The notes: generated from the letters alone by a model not told the origin. Numbered from the stretch's first letter, positions 11,297-25,101 are shown. The stretch: DNA of 64,000 nucleotides from Synechococcus sp. (GCA_047285805.1 JBJBCN010000002.1:1024001-1088000); one strand, 5' to 3'. Numbers and translations are program-made.

Positions 11297-11790
11297 AGCA
11301 CGCGGCTGACACGCTCGAGACCCTGCGTAATGTCCCCGCGCATCAACAAGCCCGCACCACCCCAGACCAGGCGCAGGGGGAGATCCAGCACCGAGGCCGC
11401 CACCTCCCGGGTCGGCTCAAAGCCGAGCTGACGGAAATAGCGGACCAATCGGCGGTGCTGCTGATCGTTGTCGCGGATCGCCAGCAACCGGGCACTGCGG
11501 CAAGGGGTGGCCTCCAGGGCCCAGGCAAACGTGGCCGCCCAGATCAGGGCACCCACCCCCTGGGTGTCCTGGCCCTGGACACGCATTGTGTCGAGCTGCA
11601 GGCCATCGGGCAGGGGCAACGCCCAGGCCTTGAGTTCGCCGAGCAACAGCGGCGGCAGTCCCTCCCGCGGCCGCGCAACCACCACCCGCAGGGTCGTGAT
11701 GGCCAAGAGCTGTTTGACCTGCAACCGCAGCAGCAGCCCCCGCGCCGCGGCCCGTTGCTCAATCTCCGTGAGAGAGAAACGTTCAGCCAT
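11293..11790 (-). CDS. conserved GNAT-like N-acetyltransferase
   Basis: LQLDTMRV..GVGALI, ARLLAIRD..HRRLVRYFRQLGF; ATG 11790 is 2 nt after the upstream stop. Confidence 0.7.
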   Translation of the reverse strand: MAERFSLTEIEQRAAARGLLLRLQVKQLLAITTLRVVVARPREGLPPLLLGELKAWALPLPDGLQLDTMRVQGQDTQGVGALIWAATFAWALEATPCRSARLLAIRDNDQQHRRLVRYFRQLGFEPTREVAASVLDLPLRLVWGGAGLLMRGDITQGLERVSRVL

Positions 11791-11792
11791 GG

Positions 11793-12737
11793 CTACCAGC
11801 GCTCCACCAGACAAACCGCATCCAAGGGCAACGGCCCATACAGATGGGGGAAGAGCTCACCGCTGCCGGGACCGCCGGCCTCCGGGCGCACCTCGATGCC
11901 ATGGGCCGCCAAGCAGCTGGGATCGATCACCAGCAAGCGCAGATCGCTGACATCGGCGTAGAAGCGCTGGTGGGTCCCCTCCAATTGTTCCGCGTAGCTT
12001 GCATGGATGAAGCCCACCTGCTCCAGGCTCTGGCCGCGGGTGGAGATTCGGTACTCCCCGAGCTGACGGGCCTGCTGCCAATCGGAGGCCAGAGCCAGGT
12101 GATAGAACCAACGCGGTGAACGCCAGCAGCGTCGCTCGGCCCAGGGGGAGTCCATCACTTGCGCCAACAGCTCGGAGCGCTCAAACCGCGCCAAAGAGTC
12201 CTTCAGGCCCTCCAGAGCGGGCTCCGCCGCGAAGCCATCCGGGTCCGCCAGGCGGAACTGGCGCACAAAGGGCAACACCGCCCAATCTGCCAAGGTGGCC
12301 TGCGCTCCGAGTACCCCCCCCCCAACAGCGAGGCGCTGCTCCCACTCGCGCAGGATCGCCAAAGCAGCCGCCCGATGCTCCAAGGGGGCCGCCTCCCTGA
12401 AGCGGTCCGGGTACTTAAAGCGATCCAGGTGCCGTTTGAAGGGCCCGTCGTTCTGGGCAATCAAGGCTGCGGTTTCAGCCCCATCCGCCTGCAACCAGCC
12501 GAGCGGATCGGCCTGCTCGAGCGCCCACCGCATGATTTCGAGGCTCTCCTCGAGCACGGCACCATCGACTTGCACGAGCACGGGAACGGTGCCCTTGGCT
12601 GAGACCTCCAGGAGCTCCGGTGCCTTGGCTTTTAAGGCCACCTCCCGCAACTCCACCGCCTGCCCCGCAGCCGCCAGGGCCAGGCGCGCCCGCATCGCAT
12701 AGGGACAACGGCGGAAGCTGTAGAGAACGGGCAGCAT
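11793..12737 (-). CDS. glutathione S-transferase fused to a C-terminal DUF952 domain
   Basis: LYSFRRCPYAMRAR, KGTVPVL, ESLEIM, TLADWAVLPFVRQF; then FYHLA..STRGQSLEQVGFIHAS..ELFPHLYGPLP. Confidence 0.88.
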   Translation of the reverse strand: MLPVLYSFRRCPYAMRARLALAAAGQAVELREVALKAKAPELLEVSAKGTVPVLVQVDGAVLEESLEIMRWALEQADPLGWLQADGAETAALIAQNDGPFKRHLDRFKYPDRFREAAPLEHRAAALAILREWEQRLAVGGGVLGAQATLADWAVLPFVRQFRLADPDGFAAEPALEGLKDSLARFERSELLAQVMDSPWAERRCWRSPRWFYHLALASDWQQARQLGEYRISTRGQSLEQVGFIHASYAEQLEGTHQRFYADVSDLRLLVIDPSCLAAHGIEVRPEAGGPGSGELFPHLYGPLPLDAVCLVERW

Positions 12738-12742
12738 CCGCC

Positions 12743-13657
12743 CTAACCGAGGTGCTGCTGACCGCGCTCGCGGGCAAAGTGCATCTGGCGCTGGCGCTCG
12801 GCAAAGCGCTCGCGATCCGCGTCACTGAACCGATCTATGCAATGGGGACAACTGATCCCTTCGCGGTAACTGGGCTCCAAGCGCTGCGCCGGGGACAACG
12901 GCAAACCGCAGGCATGACAGAGGCTGTAGCTACCGGGCTTCAACTGGTGATTGACAGTCACCCGCTGATCGAAGACATAGCACTCCCCCTTCCAACTGCT
13001 GCGCTTCTCGGGGATCTCCTCGAGGTATTTGAGGATTCCGCCCTTCAGGTGATGAACGTTCTCAAAGCCCTGCTGCAGCAAATAGGCCGTGCTCTTCTCG
13101 CAGCGAATGCCCCCGGTGCAGAACATGGCAATCGCCTTGGGTTGCTTCTCCTCCACTAGCGGCCGTAGCGTCTGCTCGACCCAGGCGGGGAATTCACGAA
13201 AGCTCTCCGTGCCCGGATCAATCGCCCCGACGAAGCTGCCCACCTCCACCTCGTAGCGATTGCGCGTGTCCACCACCAAGGTGTCCGGATCAGCGATCAG
13301 GGCGTTCCACTGCTCGGGGGGGACATAGGTCCCCACCTGCTCGGCCGGCTTCACCGTGGGGCAGCCCATGGTGACAATCTCCCGCTTCAGCCGCACCTTG
13401 AGCCGATGGAAGGTCTGCTGCTCCGCGCGGCTGAACTTGGCCTCGAGCCCCCCCAGGCCGGGCAGCTGCCGGAGCCGCTCCAGGACCGCCGTCACTCCGG
13501 CATCGGAACCACTGATGGTGCCGTTCACCCCTTCTTCGGCCAGCAGGATCGTGCCCCGTATGCCCCCCTGCTCCGCGAGAGCCTTGAGCTCCTGCTGCAA
13601 CGCCGGCAGTCCCTCCATGGCGGTGAAGCCATAGAAGGCCATCACCATGCTGCTCAC
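12743..13657 (-). CDS. trhO: rhodanese-domain tRNA uridine(34) hydroxylase (UPF0176)
   Basis: [59 protein letters not shown]. Confidence 0.88.
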   Translation of the reverse strand: MSSMVMAFYGFTAMEGLPALQQELKALAEQGGIRGTILLAEEGVNGTISGSDAGVTAVLERLRQLPGLGGLEAKFSRAEQQTFHRLKVRLKREIVTMGCPTVKPAEQVGTYVPPEQWNALIADPDTLVVDTRNRYEVEVGSFVGAIDPGTESFREFPAWVEQTLRPLVEEKQPKAIAMFCTGGIRCEKSTAYLLQQGFENVHHLKGGILKYLEEIPEKRSSWKGECYVFDQRVTVNHQLKPGSYSLCHACGLPLSPAQRLEPSYREGISCPHCIDRFSDADRERFAERQRQMHFARERGQQHLG

Positions 13658-14631
13658 GCCGGCACCTGCTCCTGCCAGGGGCTGACGCCCGCCAGGGCCA
13701 TCAGCTGCTGATCGGCCTCCACATCGGGGTTTCCGGTGGTCAGCAGGGTCTCGCCGTAGAAGATCGAATCGGCCCCCGCCAACAGGCAGAGCACCTGACC
13801 CTCACGGCTCATGGTTTCCCGGCCCGCACTCAGGCGGACACGGCTGTGGGGCATCAGGATCCGGGCGACGGCCACCATGCGCACCAGATCGAGGGGATCA
13901 ACGGCGGGTTGCTCCTCCAGCGGGGTACCATCAACCGCCACCAAGGCATTGATCGGAACGCTCTCGGGATGCGGGTTCATAGAGGCCAGCACCTGCAGCA
14001 GCGAGGCCCGGTCGGTCAGGCTTTCGCCCATGCCGATGATCCCGCCGCAGCACATCGAGATCCCGGCCTTGCGCACCCGGGCCAGGGTCTCGAGGCGCTC
14101 TTCATAGGTGCGGGTTGTGATGATCCGGTTGTAGTGCTCCGGGCTCGTATCGAGGTTGTGGTTGTAGGAGGTCAATCCCGCCTCGGACAAGCGGGCGGCC
14201 TGACTGTCAGTCAGCATCCCTGCGGTGACACAGGCCTCCATGCCCAGCTCCCTGACGCCGCGGACCATCGACAACATCGCCTCAAAGGGGGCGCCATCAC
14301 GGATGTCGCGCCAGGCCCATCCCATGCAGAAGCGATGGGCACCGGCCTCTTTGGCTGCTCGGGCCCGGGCCAAGACGGGCTCCACCTCGAGCTCAGGCTG
14401 TCCAGCCACATCGCTGCTGTTGTGCATCGACTGCGGGCAGTAGGCGCAGTCCTCCTCGCAGCCCCCAGTTTTGACACTCAAGAGGGAGGCCAACTGAACC
14501 CGGTACCCGGGATTCGCCTGACGGTGCACCTCTTGGGCCTGCCAGAGCAGATCCATCAGCGGCAGCTCCAGGAGCGCCTGGATCTCAGCGGTGCTCCAGT
14601 CGTGGCGCACCGAAAGGGGAGAGGAGGTCAC
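13654..14631 (-). CDS. bioB: biotin synthase
   Basis: [36 protein letters not shown]. Confidence 0.96.
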   Translation of the reverse strand: MTSSPLSVRHDWSTAEIQALLELPLMDLLWQAQEVHRQANPGYRVQLASLLSVKTGGCEEDCAYCPQSMHNSSDVAGQPELEVEPVLARARAAKEAGAHRFCMGWAWRDIRDGAPFEAMLSMVRGVRELGMEACVTAGMLTDSQAARLSEAGLTSYNHNLDTSPEHYNRIITTRTYEERLETLARVRKAGISMCCGGIIGMGESLTDRASLLQVLASMNPHPESVPINALVAVDGTPLEEQPAVDPLDLVRMVAVARILMPHSRVRLSAGRETMSREGQVLCLLAGADSIFYGETLLTTGNPDVEADQQLMALAGVSPWQEQVPA

Positions 14632-14636
14632 AGGAG

Positions 14637-15431
14637 TCAGGAGGAGACGGATTCAACGCCACCGAAGCGGCGTTGGCGGTTCTGGAAATCCATCAAGGAC
14701 GTCACCAGGGCCGCTTCATCGAAATCGGGCCAGAGGACGTCGGTGATGTGCAGCTCGGAGTAGGCCAATTGCCAGAGCAGAAAATTGCTGATGCGCTGCT
14801 CACCGCTGGTGCGAATCAACAGATCGGGATCCGGCTCACCAGCGGTGAGGAGCTTTGAGGCAAAGGCCTGCTCATCGATGGCCGCTGGCTCGAGCTCGCC
14901 CCGGTCCACCTGCTCGGCCAAAAGCCTGGCGGCGCGGACCAGCTCGCGGCGACCGCCGTAGTTGGTGCAGACGTTGAAGCGAATACCGGTATTGGAGGCG
15001 GTGCGATCCGTGGCGTCCTGGATCAGCTGTTGCAGTCCATCGGGAAGCTGCTCGAGATCGCCTAGGAAGCGGATGCGCACCTGCTCCTGGTCCAGCGCCT
15101 TCAGCTCTTTGGCGAGGACTCGCTCGAACAGGGTCATCAGGAAGCTCACCTCTTCTCCGGGTCGGTTCCAGTTCTCAGTGGAAAAAGCGTATGCCGTCAG
15201 CGAGCCAATCCCCCAGTCGCTGCAGAGGCGCAGGGTGCGCTTGAGAGCTTCAACGCCCTCACGGTGACCCATTACCCGAGGCAACTTGCGCTGGCCGGCC
15301 CAGCGGCCGTTGCCGTCCATGATCACGGCGACATGGGTGGGCAGGCGACCTGGGTCCAGCCCGGGCGGGAGGGCGCAGCGCGATGGCCTGTTCCCTTCAA
15401 AAGTTGGTGCAGTCGTCAGGGAACGACTCAT
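14637..15431 (-). CDS. uppS: undecaprenyl/polyprenyl diphosphate synthase
   Basis: [49 protein letters not shown]. Confidence 0.96.
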   Translation of the reverse strand: MSRSLTTAPTFEGNRPSRCALPPGLDPGRLPTHVAVIMDGNGRWAGQRKLPRVMGHREGVEALKRTLRLCSDWGIGSLTAYAFSTENWNRPGEEVSFLMTLFERVLAKELKALDQEQVRIRFLGDLEQLPDGLQQLIQDATDRTASNTGIRFNVCTNYGGRRELVRAARLLAEQVDRGELEPAAIDEQAFASKLLTAGEPDPDLLIRTSGEQRISNFLLWQLAYSELHITDVLWPDFDEAALVTSLMDFQNRQRRFGGVESVSS

Positions 15432-16264
15432 GCGAGAGGCTCCGACGAATCTACGGACACGCTACGACCAGCACTTTTTGTTGCTGATTTCGGAGCCTGG
15501 GCGAGGGCCTCACTCAGCAATTCCTGCAGGCGAGAGCTGGTAATCGGTCGCTCCAACCGACCCTGCTTCGCCAGCGAGAGGGTGCCCGTTTCCTCGGAAA
15601 CCACGATGCAAAGGCAGCGATCAAAACGCTCAGTGATCCCCAAAGCCGCTAAGTGGCGGGTGCCATAGCGATTGAGACCTTGGCGGGAGAGCGGCAGGAT
15701 CACGCCGGCCGAGAGGATGCGATTGCCCTTGACCAGCACCGCGCCGTCATGGAGAGGTGTGTCGATGGCAAAGACGTTGAGCAGCAAATCAACCGAGAGC
15801 TGGGCATCGAGGGCAATGCCGGGATTCAGGAAGTCCTCCGGGCGCAGGTCGCTGCCGAGATCGAGGACGATCAGGCCGCCGCGGCGGATCTGGGAGAGGC
15901 GTCCAGCGGCCTCACTGAGGACACCGACCGAGCTCGAGGCGAGCTTGTCGGCCCGTTGACTGCCGAACAAGACATCCAGGCGCCCGGTTCCCAGCAGCTC
16001 CATCAGGCGCCGCAATTCCCCCTGCCAGAGGATGGCCAGGGCCAAGCTGCAGGCCATGACCAGGGCGTCCACCAACTTGCTGGTGAGGGGCAAATTGGCG
16101 TAGCGCTGAACCACCCAGGCCAGGGCCACTAGCGTCAGATAGCCCCGCAACAGCCAGAGGGTGCGCGGCTCGTTCACCCGAGCCAACACGACCATGCCAA
16201 GGGCTGTGGCCAACAAGAGATCCAGCACGAAGCCCAGCTGGATTCCCCCGATCAACCCGAGCAC
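15428..16264 (-). CDS. cdaA: diadenylate cyclase (c-di-AMP synthase)
   Basis: Three N-terminal TMs; DAC motifs PLHDGA, YGTRH, VSEETG; lysA-cdaA-uppS order typical of cyanobacteria. Confidence 0.93.
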   Translation of the reverse strand: MLGLIGGIQLGFVLDLLLATALGMVVLARVNEPRTLWLLRGYLTLVALAWVVQRYANLPLTSKLVDALVMACSLALAILWQGELRRLMELLGTGRLDVLFGSQRADKLASSSVGVLSEAAGRLSQIRRGGLIVLDLGSDLRPEDFLNPGIALDAQLSVDLLLNVFAIDTPLHDGAVLVKGNRILSAGVILPLSRQGLNRYGTRHLAALGITERFDRCLCIVVSEETGTLSLAKQGRLERPITSSRLQELLSEALAQAPKSATKSAGRSVSVDSSEPLA

Positions 16265-16285
16265 CCTTGCTCTATTCGCTGAGTA

Positions 16286-17677
16286 TCAGCGTACCGGCCG
16301 GAGGCGTTCGGGAAGAACGTCATAGCGCAACAATTCCTCTGGCAACTCGCGGCGTTGCACCAACTCCGCCATCCCGTCATGCACCATCACCGCTGCGGGG
16401 CGGGGAATTCGATTGTAGTTGGAGGCCATCGAGGCGTTGTAGGCACCGGTGGCAAAGACTGCCAAAACATCGCCCGTTTGCGAGGGAGGCAGGGCCAAGT
16501 CCTTCAGCAAAACATCACCGGACTCGCAGTGCTTGCCGGCCAGGGTGACGGTGTCGCTGGCCTCGGCCTCGGGTCGATCAGCCAGGACGGCGGTGTAAAG
16601 CGATTGATAGGTGATCGGCCTGGGGTTGTCGCTCATCCCACCATCGACGGAGATGTAGGTGCGAATCCCGGGGATCTCCTTGCGGCTGCCAACGCTGTAA
16701 AGGGTTACCCCCGCAGTGGCCACCAGGGAGCGGCCGGGCTCACAGAGCAGGCGAGGAAGGTCCAATCCCCGCTCATGGCAAGCACCCGCGACGGCTTCGG
16801 CAACAGTGCGCACCCATTCATCAATGGACGGCGGGTCGTCGGATTCGACATAACGGATCCCCAGGCCACCGCCGACGTTCAGATCTGAGACGGGATGGCC
16901 GAGTTCACGCGACAGCTTGAGCGCATCCGCCATCACAGCCGCCAGGTCGCGGTGGGGTTGAAGCTCGAAAATCTGCGAACCGATGTGGGCGTGCAGGCCG
17001 GTGACCAGGGCCCAGCTGCAGCCCTTGAGGTGCTGCAGCACCGGCTCGAGTTGATCGGGGTCAAATCCGAACTTGCTGTCCAGGTGCCCGGTTCGGATGT
17101 ACTCGTGCGTGTGGCACTCGATCCCTGGGGTGAAGCGCAGCATCAGGCGCACGGGCTGGTTCAAGCCGAGCTCGGCGAGCAAATCGAGGTCGGACCAGTT
17201 ATCGGCCACCACGGTGACGCCGAGGTCAGCCGCCAGCTGGAGCTCATCACGGCTCTTGTTATTGCCATGGAAAACGATGCGCTCCGGGGGCATACCCCCC
17301 TGAACCGCCGTTAGCAGCTCACCGGCGGAGACGGCATCGAGGCCAAGGCCCTCCGAAGCGACGACGGCGGTGATCGCCAGGCTGCTATTGGCCTTGGAGG
17401 CGTAGAGCGCCAACGCCGCCCCGGGGTAGTGGGAGGCCAGAGCCTTGCGGTAGGCCTGAGCCGTGCCACGCAAGGTGGCCTCATCGAGCACATACAAGGG
17501 TGTGCCGTAGCGGCGAGCCAGATCGCTCAGGCCGCAGCCACCCACTTCCAACGCGCCGGTGGGGCCAACGGACGTGGTGACCGGAGTCAGGTTGCGGTTG
17601 GGGCTGCTGTTATCGCGGTTGTTCTCAAAGGGCCGGTTGCTCACTTTGAGATCGGCTGTCGCCATCGAAGAAGTCAT
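16286..17677 (-). CDS. lysA: diaminopimelate decarboxylase
   Basis: YGTPLYV, YASKAN (PLP Lys), HAHIGSQ, NVGGG, EPGR, GKHCESGD, GAY..MASNYN. Confidence 0.96.
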   Translation of the reverse strand: MTSSMATADLKVSNRPFENNRDNSSPNRNLTPVTTSVGPTGALEVGGCGLSDLARRYGTPLYVLDEATLRGTAQAYRKALASHYPGAALALYASKANSSLAITAVVASEGLGLDAVSAGELLTAVQGGMPPERIVFHGNNKSRDELQLAADLGVTVVADNWSDLDLLAELGLNQPVRLMLRFTPGIECHTHEYIRTGHLDSKFGFDPDQLEPVLQHLKGCSWALVTGLHAHIGSQIFELQPHRDLAAVMADALKLSRELGHPVSDLNVGGGLGIRYVESDDPPSIDEWVRTVAEAVAGACHERGLDLPRLLCEPGRSLVATAGVTLYSVGSRKEIPGIRTYISVDGGMSDNPRPITYQSLYTAVLADRPEAEASDTVTLAGKHCESGDVLLKDLALPPSQTGDVLAVFATGAYNASMASNYNRIPRPAAVMVHDGMAELVQRRELPEELLRYDVLPERLRPVR

Positions 17678-17711
17678 CTAGCGATCCTAAAGAGGACGCA
17701 TCGAGGCCACC

Positions 17712-18176
17712 GTGGCGCCCAACACAGCCGATCCATCTACCCGGCTCTCGCCCTTGCTGCCCGAGCACCTCACCCCTTGCCTCGCCCTGGATCAAGCCGC
17801 CCTGGGGGGCCTCTGGAGCGAGGCGCAGTGGAGCAGGGAACTTGCCGACTTGAAGCGACCAGGACTGGGTTTCTGGCGAGGCCAGCAGCTGATCGCCCTC
17901 GCCTGCGGGCTGCTTGTGCTGGACGAACTGCAAATCACAGCCGTGGCCGTGGCCCCAGAACACCGGCGTCAAGGCCTCGGACGACAGATCTTGCATTACC
18001 TTTTGAATGAGGCCCACGGCCAAGGCGCCCGCCAGGCAACCCTCGAGGTGGCCGCCGACAACACAGCGGCCCTAGCGCTTTATGGACAACTCGGCTTCAG
18101 CACAGCCGGAATCCGTCGCAGCTACTACCGCAATGGAAGCGATGCCCTGATCCAATGGGTAGCAATACGCAACTGA
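17712..18176 (+). CDS. rimI: RimI-like GNAT acetyltransferase
   Basis: AVAPEHRRQGLG, LEVAADN..ALALY..GF..GIRRSYY. Confidence 0.85.
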   Translation: MAPNTADPSTRLSPLLPEHLTPCLALDQAALGGLWSEAQWSRELADLKRPGLGFWRGQQLIALACGLLVLDELQITAVAVAPEHRRQGLGRQILHYLLNEAHGQGARQATLEVAADNTAALALYGQLGFSTAGIRRSYYRNGSDALIQWVAIRN

Positions 18177-18182
18177 GAGGCG

Positions 18183-18198
18183 GTACGGATTACCGCCC
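18183..18198 (+). promoter_or_regulatory. K-box / GTNCGG-like activator site upstream of clpC
   Basis: GTACGG-ATTA-CCGCCC inside a GGCGGTA-N5-TACCGCC inverted repeat; -10-like AAACTT 21 nt downstream; could alternatively be a hairpin ending the rimI transcript. Confidence 0.5.
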
Positions 18199-18358
18199 CT
18201 TACTGATAGCGAGAACCGGAAACTTTTGATCGCTTCAGTGTGACGATCACGCGGGCGAATCGCTGTCGTGGAGACGATTTCTGGACATTTGAAATCTATC
18301 CCACACACGCCCAAGCAACCCTGATAAATTGGGGGTACATGCAGCCAGGCCCCGCCCC

Positions 18359-20926
18359 ATGTTTGAGCGGTTTACTGAGAAGGCCATCAAGGTGATCATG
18401 CTGGCCCAGGAAGAGGCCCGCCGCCTGGGTCACAACTTTGTGGGCACCGAGCAAATCCTCCTAGGCCTGATCGGAGAAGGCACCGGCGTCGCCGCGAAGG
18501 TCCTCAAGTCCATGGGGGTCAACCTCAAGGACGCTCGGGTAGAAGTCGAGAAGATCATCGGCCGCGGTTCCGGCTTCGTCGCGGTTGAGATTCCATTCAC
18601 GCCCAGAGCCAAACGGGTACTGGAGCTTTCCCTGGAGGAAGCGCGCCAGCTCGGCCACAACTACATAGGTACGGAACACCTACTCCTTGGCCTGATCCGC
18701 GAAGGCGAAGGCGTCGCGGCCCGTGTTCTCGAGAACCTCGGCGTCGACCTGGCCAAGGTGCGCACCCAGGTTATTCGCATGCTCGGCGAGACCGCTGAAG
18801 TCGCCAGCGGCGGCGGGAGTGGCGCTGGGAAGGGTTCCACGAAGACCCCGACCCTGGACGAATTCGGCAGCAACCTGACCCAGCAGGCATCCGACGGCAA
18901 GCTCGACCCCGTCGTCGGTCGCCAGCACGAAATCGAGCGGGTCATCCAGATTCTGGGTCGCCGCACCAAGAACAATCCGGTTCTGATCGGTGAGCCCGGC
19001 GTGGGCAAGACGGCTATTGCCGAGGGGCTGGCCCAGCGCATCAACTCTGGCGATGTCCCCGACATCCTTGAAGACAAGCGCGTCCTCACCCTGGATATTG
19101 GCCTACTGGTGGCCGGCACTAAGTACCGGGGCGAATTCGAAGAACGACTCAAAAAGATCATGGAGGAGATCCGTGGCGCCGGGAACGTGATCCTGGTGAT
19201 CGACGAGGTCCACACCCTGATTGGAGCCGGCGCAGCCGAGGGGGCCATTGATGCCGCCAATATCCTCAAGCCAGCCCTGGCTCGCGGAGAACTGCAGTGC
19301 ATCGGTGCAACCACCCTCGACGAGTACCGCAAACACATCGAGCGGGATGCTGCGCTTGAGCGTCGCTTCCAGCCTGTGCAAGTGGGCGAGCCCTCGGTCG
19401 AGGACACCATTGAGATCCTGCGGGGCCTGAAGGAGCGCTACGAATCGCACCACCGCCTCAAGATTGCCGATGAGGCCCTAGTGGCAGCCGCGACTCTGGG
19501 AGACCGCTACATCTCCGATCGCTTCCTCCCGGACAAAGCCATCGACCTGATCGACGAAGCCGGTAGCCGGGTGCGTCTTATGAATTCCAAGTTGCCCACG
19601 GCAGCCAAGGAAGTCGACAAGCAACTGCGCGACATTGAGAAACAAAAGGATGAAGCCGTGCGCGAGCAGGACTTCACCAAGGCCGGAGAACTGCGCGACA
19701 AGGAAGTGGAACTGCGCGAGCAGATCCGCTCGATCCTTCAGAACCGCAACGAAGACAAGCCAGTGGTTGAGTCGACGGAAGCTTCAAGCGAAGCCACCAC
19801 TACTGAGGCTCCCGTGGCTGTTGTTGAGGCCCCGGTTGCAGCCATGTCCGAATCCGGTCCCATGGTGACCGAAGAAGACATTGCTCAGATCGTTGCCTCC
19901 TGGACCGGCGTTCCTGTCCAGAAGCTCACCGAGAGCGAGTCGGCGAAACTGCTGAACATGGAGGAAACACTCCACCAGCGCTTGATAGGCCAGGACGAAG
20001 CCGTGAAGGCCGTATCCCGGGCCATCCGCCGTGCCCGGGTTGGTCTGAAGAACCCCAACCGTCCTATCGCCAGCTTTATCTTCTCCGGCCCCACGGGTGT
20101 CGGTAAGACCGAGCTAACAAAGTCCCTGGCGTCCTACTTCTTCGGCAGCGAAGAGGCGATGATCCGCCTGGACATGTCGGAGTTCATGGAACGCCACACT
20201 GTCAGCAAGCTGATCGGCTCGCCTCCCGGCTATGTGGGCTTTAACGAAGGCGGTCAGCTGACTGAAGCGGTGCGTCGTCGGCCTTACACTGTCGTGCTCT
20301 TCGACGAGATCGAGAAGGCTCACCCTGATGTCTTCAACCTGCTGCTCCAACTCCTGGAAGACGGTCGACTGACCGATTCCAAGGGCCGCACAGTGGACTT
20401 CAAGAATACCTTGATCATCATGACCTCGAACATCGGCTCGAAGGTCATCGAGAAAGGTGGCGGGGGACTCGGTTTCGAGTTCTCTGGTGGCGATGCCGAA
20501 GAAACGAACTACAACCGTATCCGTTCCTTGGTGAACGAAGAGCTGAAGCAGTACTTCCGCCCTGAGTTCCTGAACCGTCTCGACGAAATCATCGTTTTCC
20601 GTCAGCTCAGCCGCGATGAGGTGAAGGAGATCTCCGAAATTATGCTCAAGGAGGTCTTCACTCGGATGCAGGAGAAAGGCATCATCCTGACAGTGACCGA
20701 AGCCTTCAAGGAACGACTGGTGGACGAGGGTTACAACCCCAGCTACGGCGCCCGCCCGCTTCGACGCGCGGTGATGCGTCTGCTGGAAGATTCCCTCGCC
20801 GAAGAGTTCCTCTCCGGCCGGATCGGCGAAGGAGACACCGCACTGGTGGACGTTGACGACGACAAGCAGGTGGTCATCCGCAAGGACTCCACCACGCCTT
20901 CGATCCCTGAGTTTGCTTCCGTCTAA
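18359..20926 (+). CDS. clpC: ATP-dependent Clp protease ATPase ClpC
   Basis: [25 protein letters not shown], two AAA modules ([17 protein letters not shown]), UVR domain, GGGGLGF loop. Confidence 0.98.
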   Translation: MFERFTEKAIKVIMLAQEEARRLGHNFVGTEQILLGLIGEGTGVAAKVLKSMGVNLKDARVEVEKIIGRGSGFVAVEIPFTPRAKRVLELSLEEARQLGHNYIGTEHLLLGLIREGEGVAARVLENLGVDLAKVRTQVIRMLGETAEVASGGGSGAGKGSTKTPTLDEFGSNLTQQASDGKLDPVVGRQHEIERVIQILGRRTKNNPVLIGEPGVGKTAIAEGLAQRINSGDVPDILEDKRVLTLDIGLLVAGTKYRGEFEERLKKIMEEIRGAGNVILVIDEVHTLIGAGAAEGAIDAANILKPALARGELQCIGATTLDEYRKHIERDAALERRFQPVQVGEPSVEDTIEILRGLKERYESHHRLKIADEALVAAATLGDRYISDRFLPDKAIDLIDEAGSRVRLMNSKLPTAAKEVDKQLRDIEKQKDEAVREQDFTKAGELRDKEVELREQIRSILQNRNEDKPVVESTEASSEATTTEAPVAVVEAPVAAMSESGPMVTEEDIAQIVASWTGVPVQKLTESESAKLLNMEETLHQRLIGQDEAVKAVSRAIRRARVGLKNPNRPIASFIFSGPTGVGKTELTKSLASYFFGSEEAMIRLDMSEFMERHTVSKLIGSPPGYVGFNEGGQLTEAVRRRPYTVVLFDEIEKAHPDVFNLLLQLLEDGRLTDSKGRTVDFKNTLIIMTSNIGSKVIEKGGGGLGFEFSGGDAEETNYNRIRSLVNEELKQYFRPEFLNRLDEIIVFRQLSRDEVKEISEIMLKEVFTRMQEKGIILTVTEAFKERLVDEGYNPSYGARPLRRAVMRLLEDSLAEEFLSGRIGEGDTALVDVDDDKQVVIRKDSTTPSIPEFASV

Positions 20927-20956
20927 AGCAGACTTTCATTCACAAAAAGATTTCCC

Positions 20957-20983
20957 AAGCCCGGTCAGAGACCGGGCTTTTTT
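20957..20983 (+). terminator. intrinsic terminator of clpC
   Basis: AAGCCCGGTC..GACCGGGCTT stem followed by a T run. Confidence 0.85.
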
Positions 20984-21287
20984 ATGTACGGACCCGAGGT
21001 ATCAGAACGGAGAGAAGGGATGAACGAAAAGAGGGAGGAAAGAGGTTCAGCCCCCCACAAGGCGTAAAATGGACAAACAAAGAATTTAGAAATACACCCT
21101 AAATCAACCACTTCAAAGCGGAGGCGAACAACGGATACCGCGCTTTGTCGAATGAACAGCCAACAGAAAATCAAAGAATTGGGTGTTGAGGCGAAACACG
21201 GATCTGGCAGAAGCTGTGTGGCAACTGGAAGCAAGTGCACGTTCACCGCTCCTGATTGCGAGGCAGTCTGACTAGATTGATGAAGTC

Positions 21288-21322
21288 AAAAAGCCGCTGG
21301 GGATTGAGCTCCGGCGGCTTTT
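21288..21322. terminator. bidirectional terminator-like hairpin
   Basis: AAAAAGCCGCTGG-N10-CCGGCGGCTTTT. Confidence 0.7.
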
Positions 21323-21462
21323 CTCTTGCCAGACGTGCTGACGTTGAGGCTTATGGCTGCGTTGCTCGCCCAACATCCCAAAACATCTGGACCACTCGAG
21401 CTAAGTCTTCAGGCAGGGGGGCTCGCTCGGGCTTGATTCGCACCTATCTATTTGTAGGCAAC

Positions 21463-21488
21463 AAAAAAGCCACCCTTTTGGGGTGGCT
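21463..21488 (-). terminator. rrn operon terminator
   Basis: Minus strand AGCCACCC-CAAA-AGGGTGGC-TTTTTT just downstream of 5S. Confidence 0.85.
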
Positions 21489-21560
21489 ATCTCGTCTCAA
21501 CCCATGGCTGACCTCATCAGAGGAAAGCAGCATGGATTGAGTTAATGGAGCGAATGTTTT

Positions 21561-21678
21561 ACCTGGCATCGACCTATTTTCTCAGGGGGCTACCCCCCAA
21601 ATATCGTCGGCGCTACAGCGTTTCACAGCCGAGTTCGAGATGGATCGGAGTGGTTCCACTGCGCCATGGACACCAGGA
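21561..21678 (-). rRNA. rrf: 5S rRNA
   Basis: Minus strand TCCTGGTGTCCATGGCG...CCATCTCGAACTCGG...GTCGATGCCAGGT. Confidence 0.97.
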
Positions 21679-21825
21679 TAGGTATTCGCTCTCAGGTGAA
21701 CCCTGAGAACTGCACAGGTTACGAACTGATCTCTTGCTTGCTTTCGCAAGCGCAAGTTAGTCGCTCTGGAATTCAAAAGCTCTCCACGTTGACGGTTAAG
21801 TCGTTGTGTTTTGAGAGATGAGATT

Positions 21826-24700
<2,875 letters not shown>

Positions 24701-24914
24701 AATTAATCCTCCTAACGCTTCAGGCTGTTGAGGCCCATTCTCTCGAGTTTCTCTTAAAGCATTGCTGCTTGAGTTAGAAACAAGGATCAAACTCCCCGTT
24801 CCTCGGCGGATTGGGAAGAACGCTAGAAGGTCTCGGCTCTCAAAAATAGAATCACTAGTTCTTTCGAACTAGCCTCTATGAGATGCTTTTGTCTTTCCAG
24901 ACTCACCTATGCAG

Positions 24915-24926
24915 TTGTCAAGGTTC
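24915..24926 (-). promoter_or_regulatory. ITS boxA-like element / 5' arm of the 23S processing stalk
   Basis: Minus GAACCTTGACAA(CTGCATAGG), complementary to minus CCTGTGCAGTTCTCAGGGTTC in the 23S-5S spacer near 21698-21718. Confidence 0.75.
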
Positions 24927-25101
24927 TGCTAAATCCTCTCTCTTTCGGGAGTGAACTCAGCATCAGCTCAATCTTGACTCAAGTTTGAATCAGCAATGAG
25001 CTGAGGCTGAATACATCTGGTAAAACCAGTGGATTCTCTGCGAACAACGTCTAGTCACCAACCAAGAAGCTCTTCCTGGCTTAGGAGTTCAGATGTGTTA
25101 G

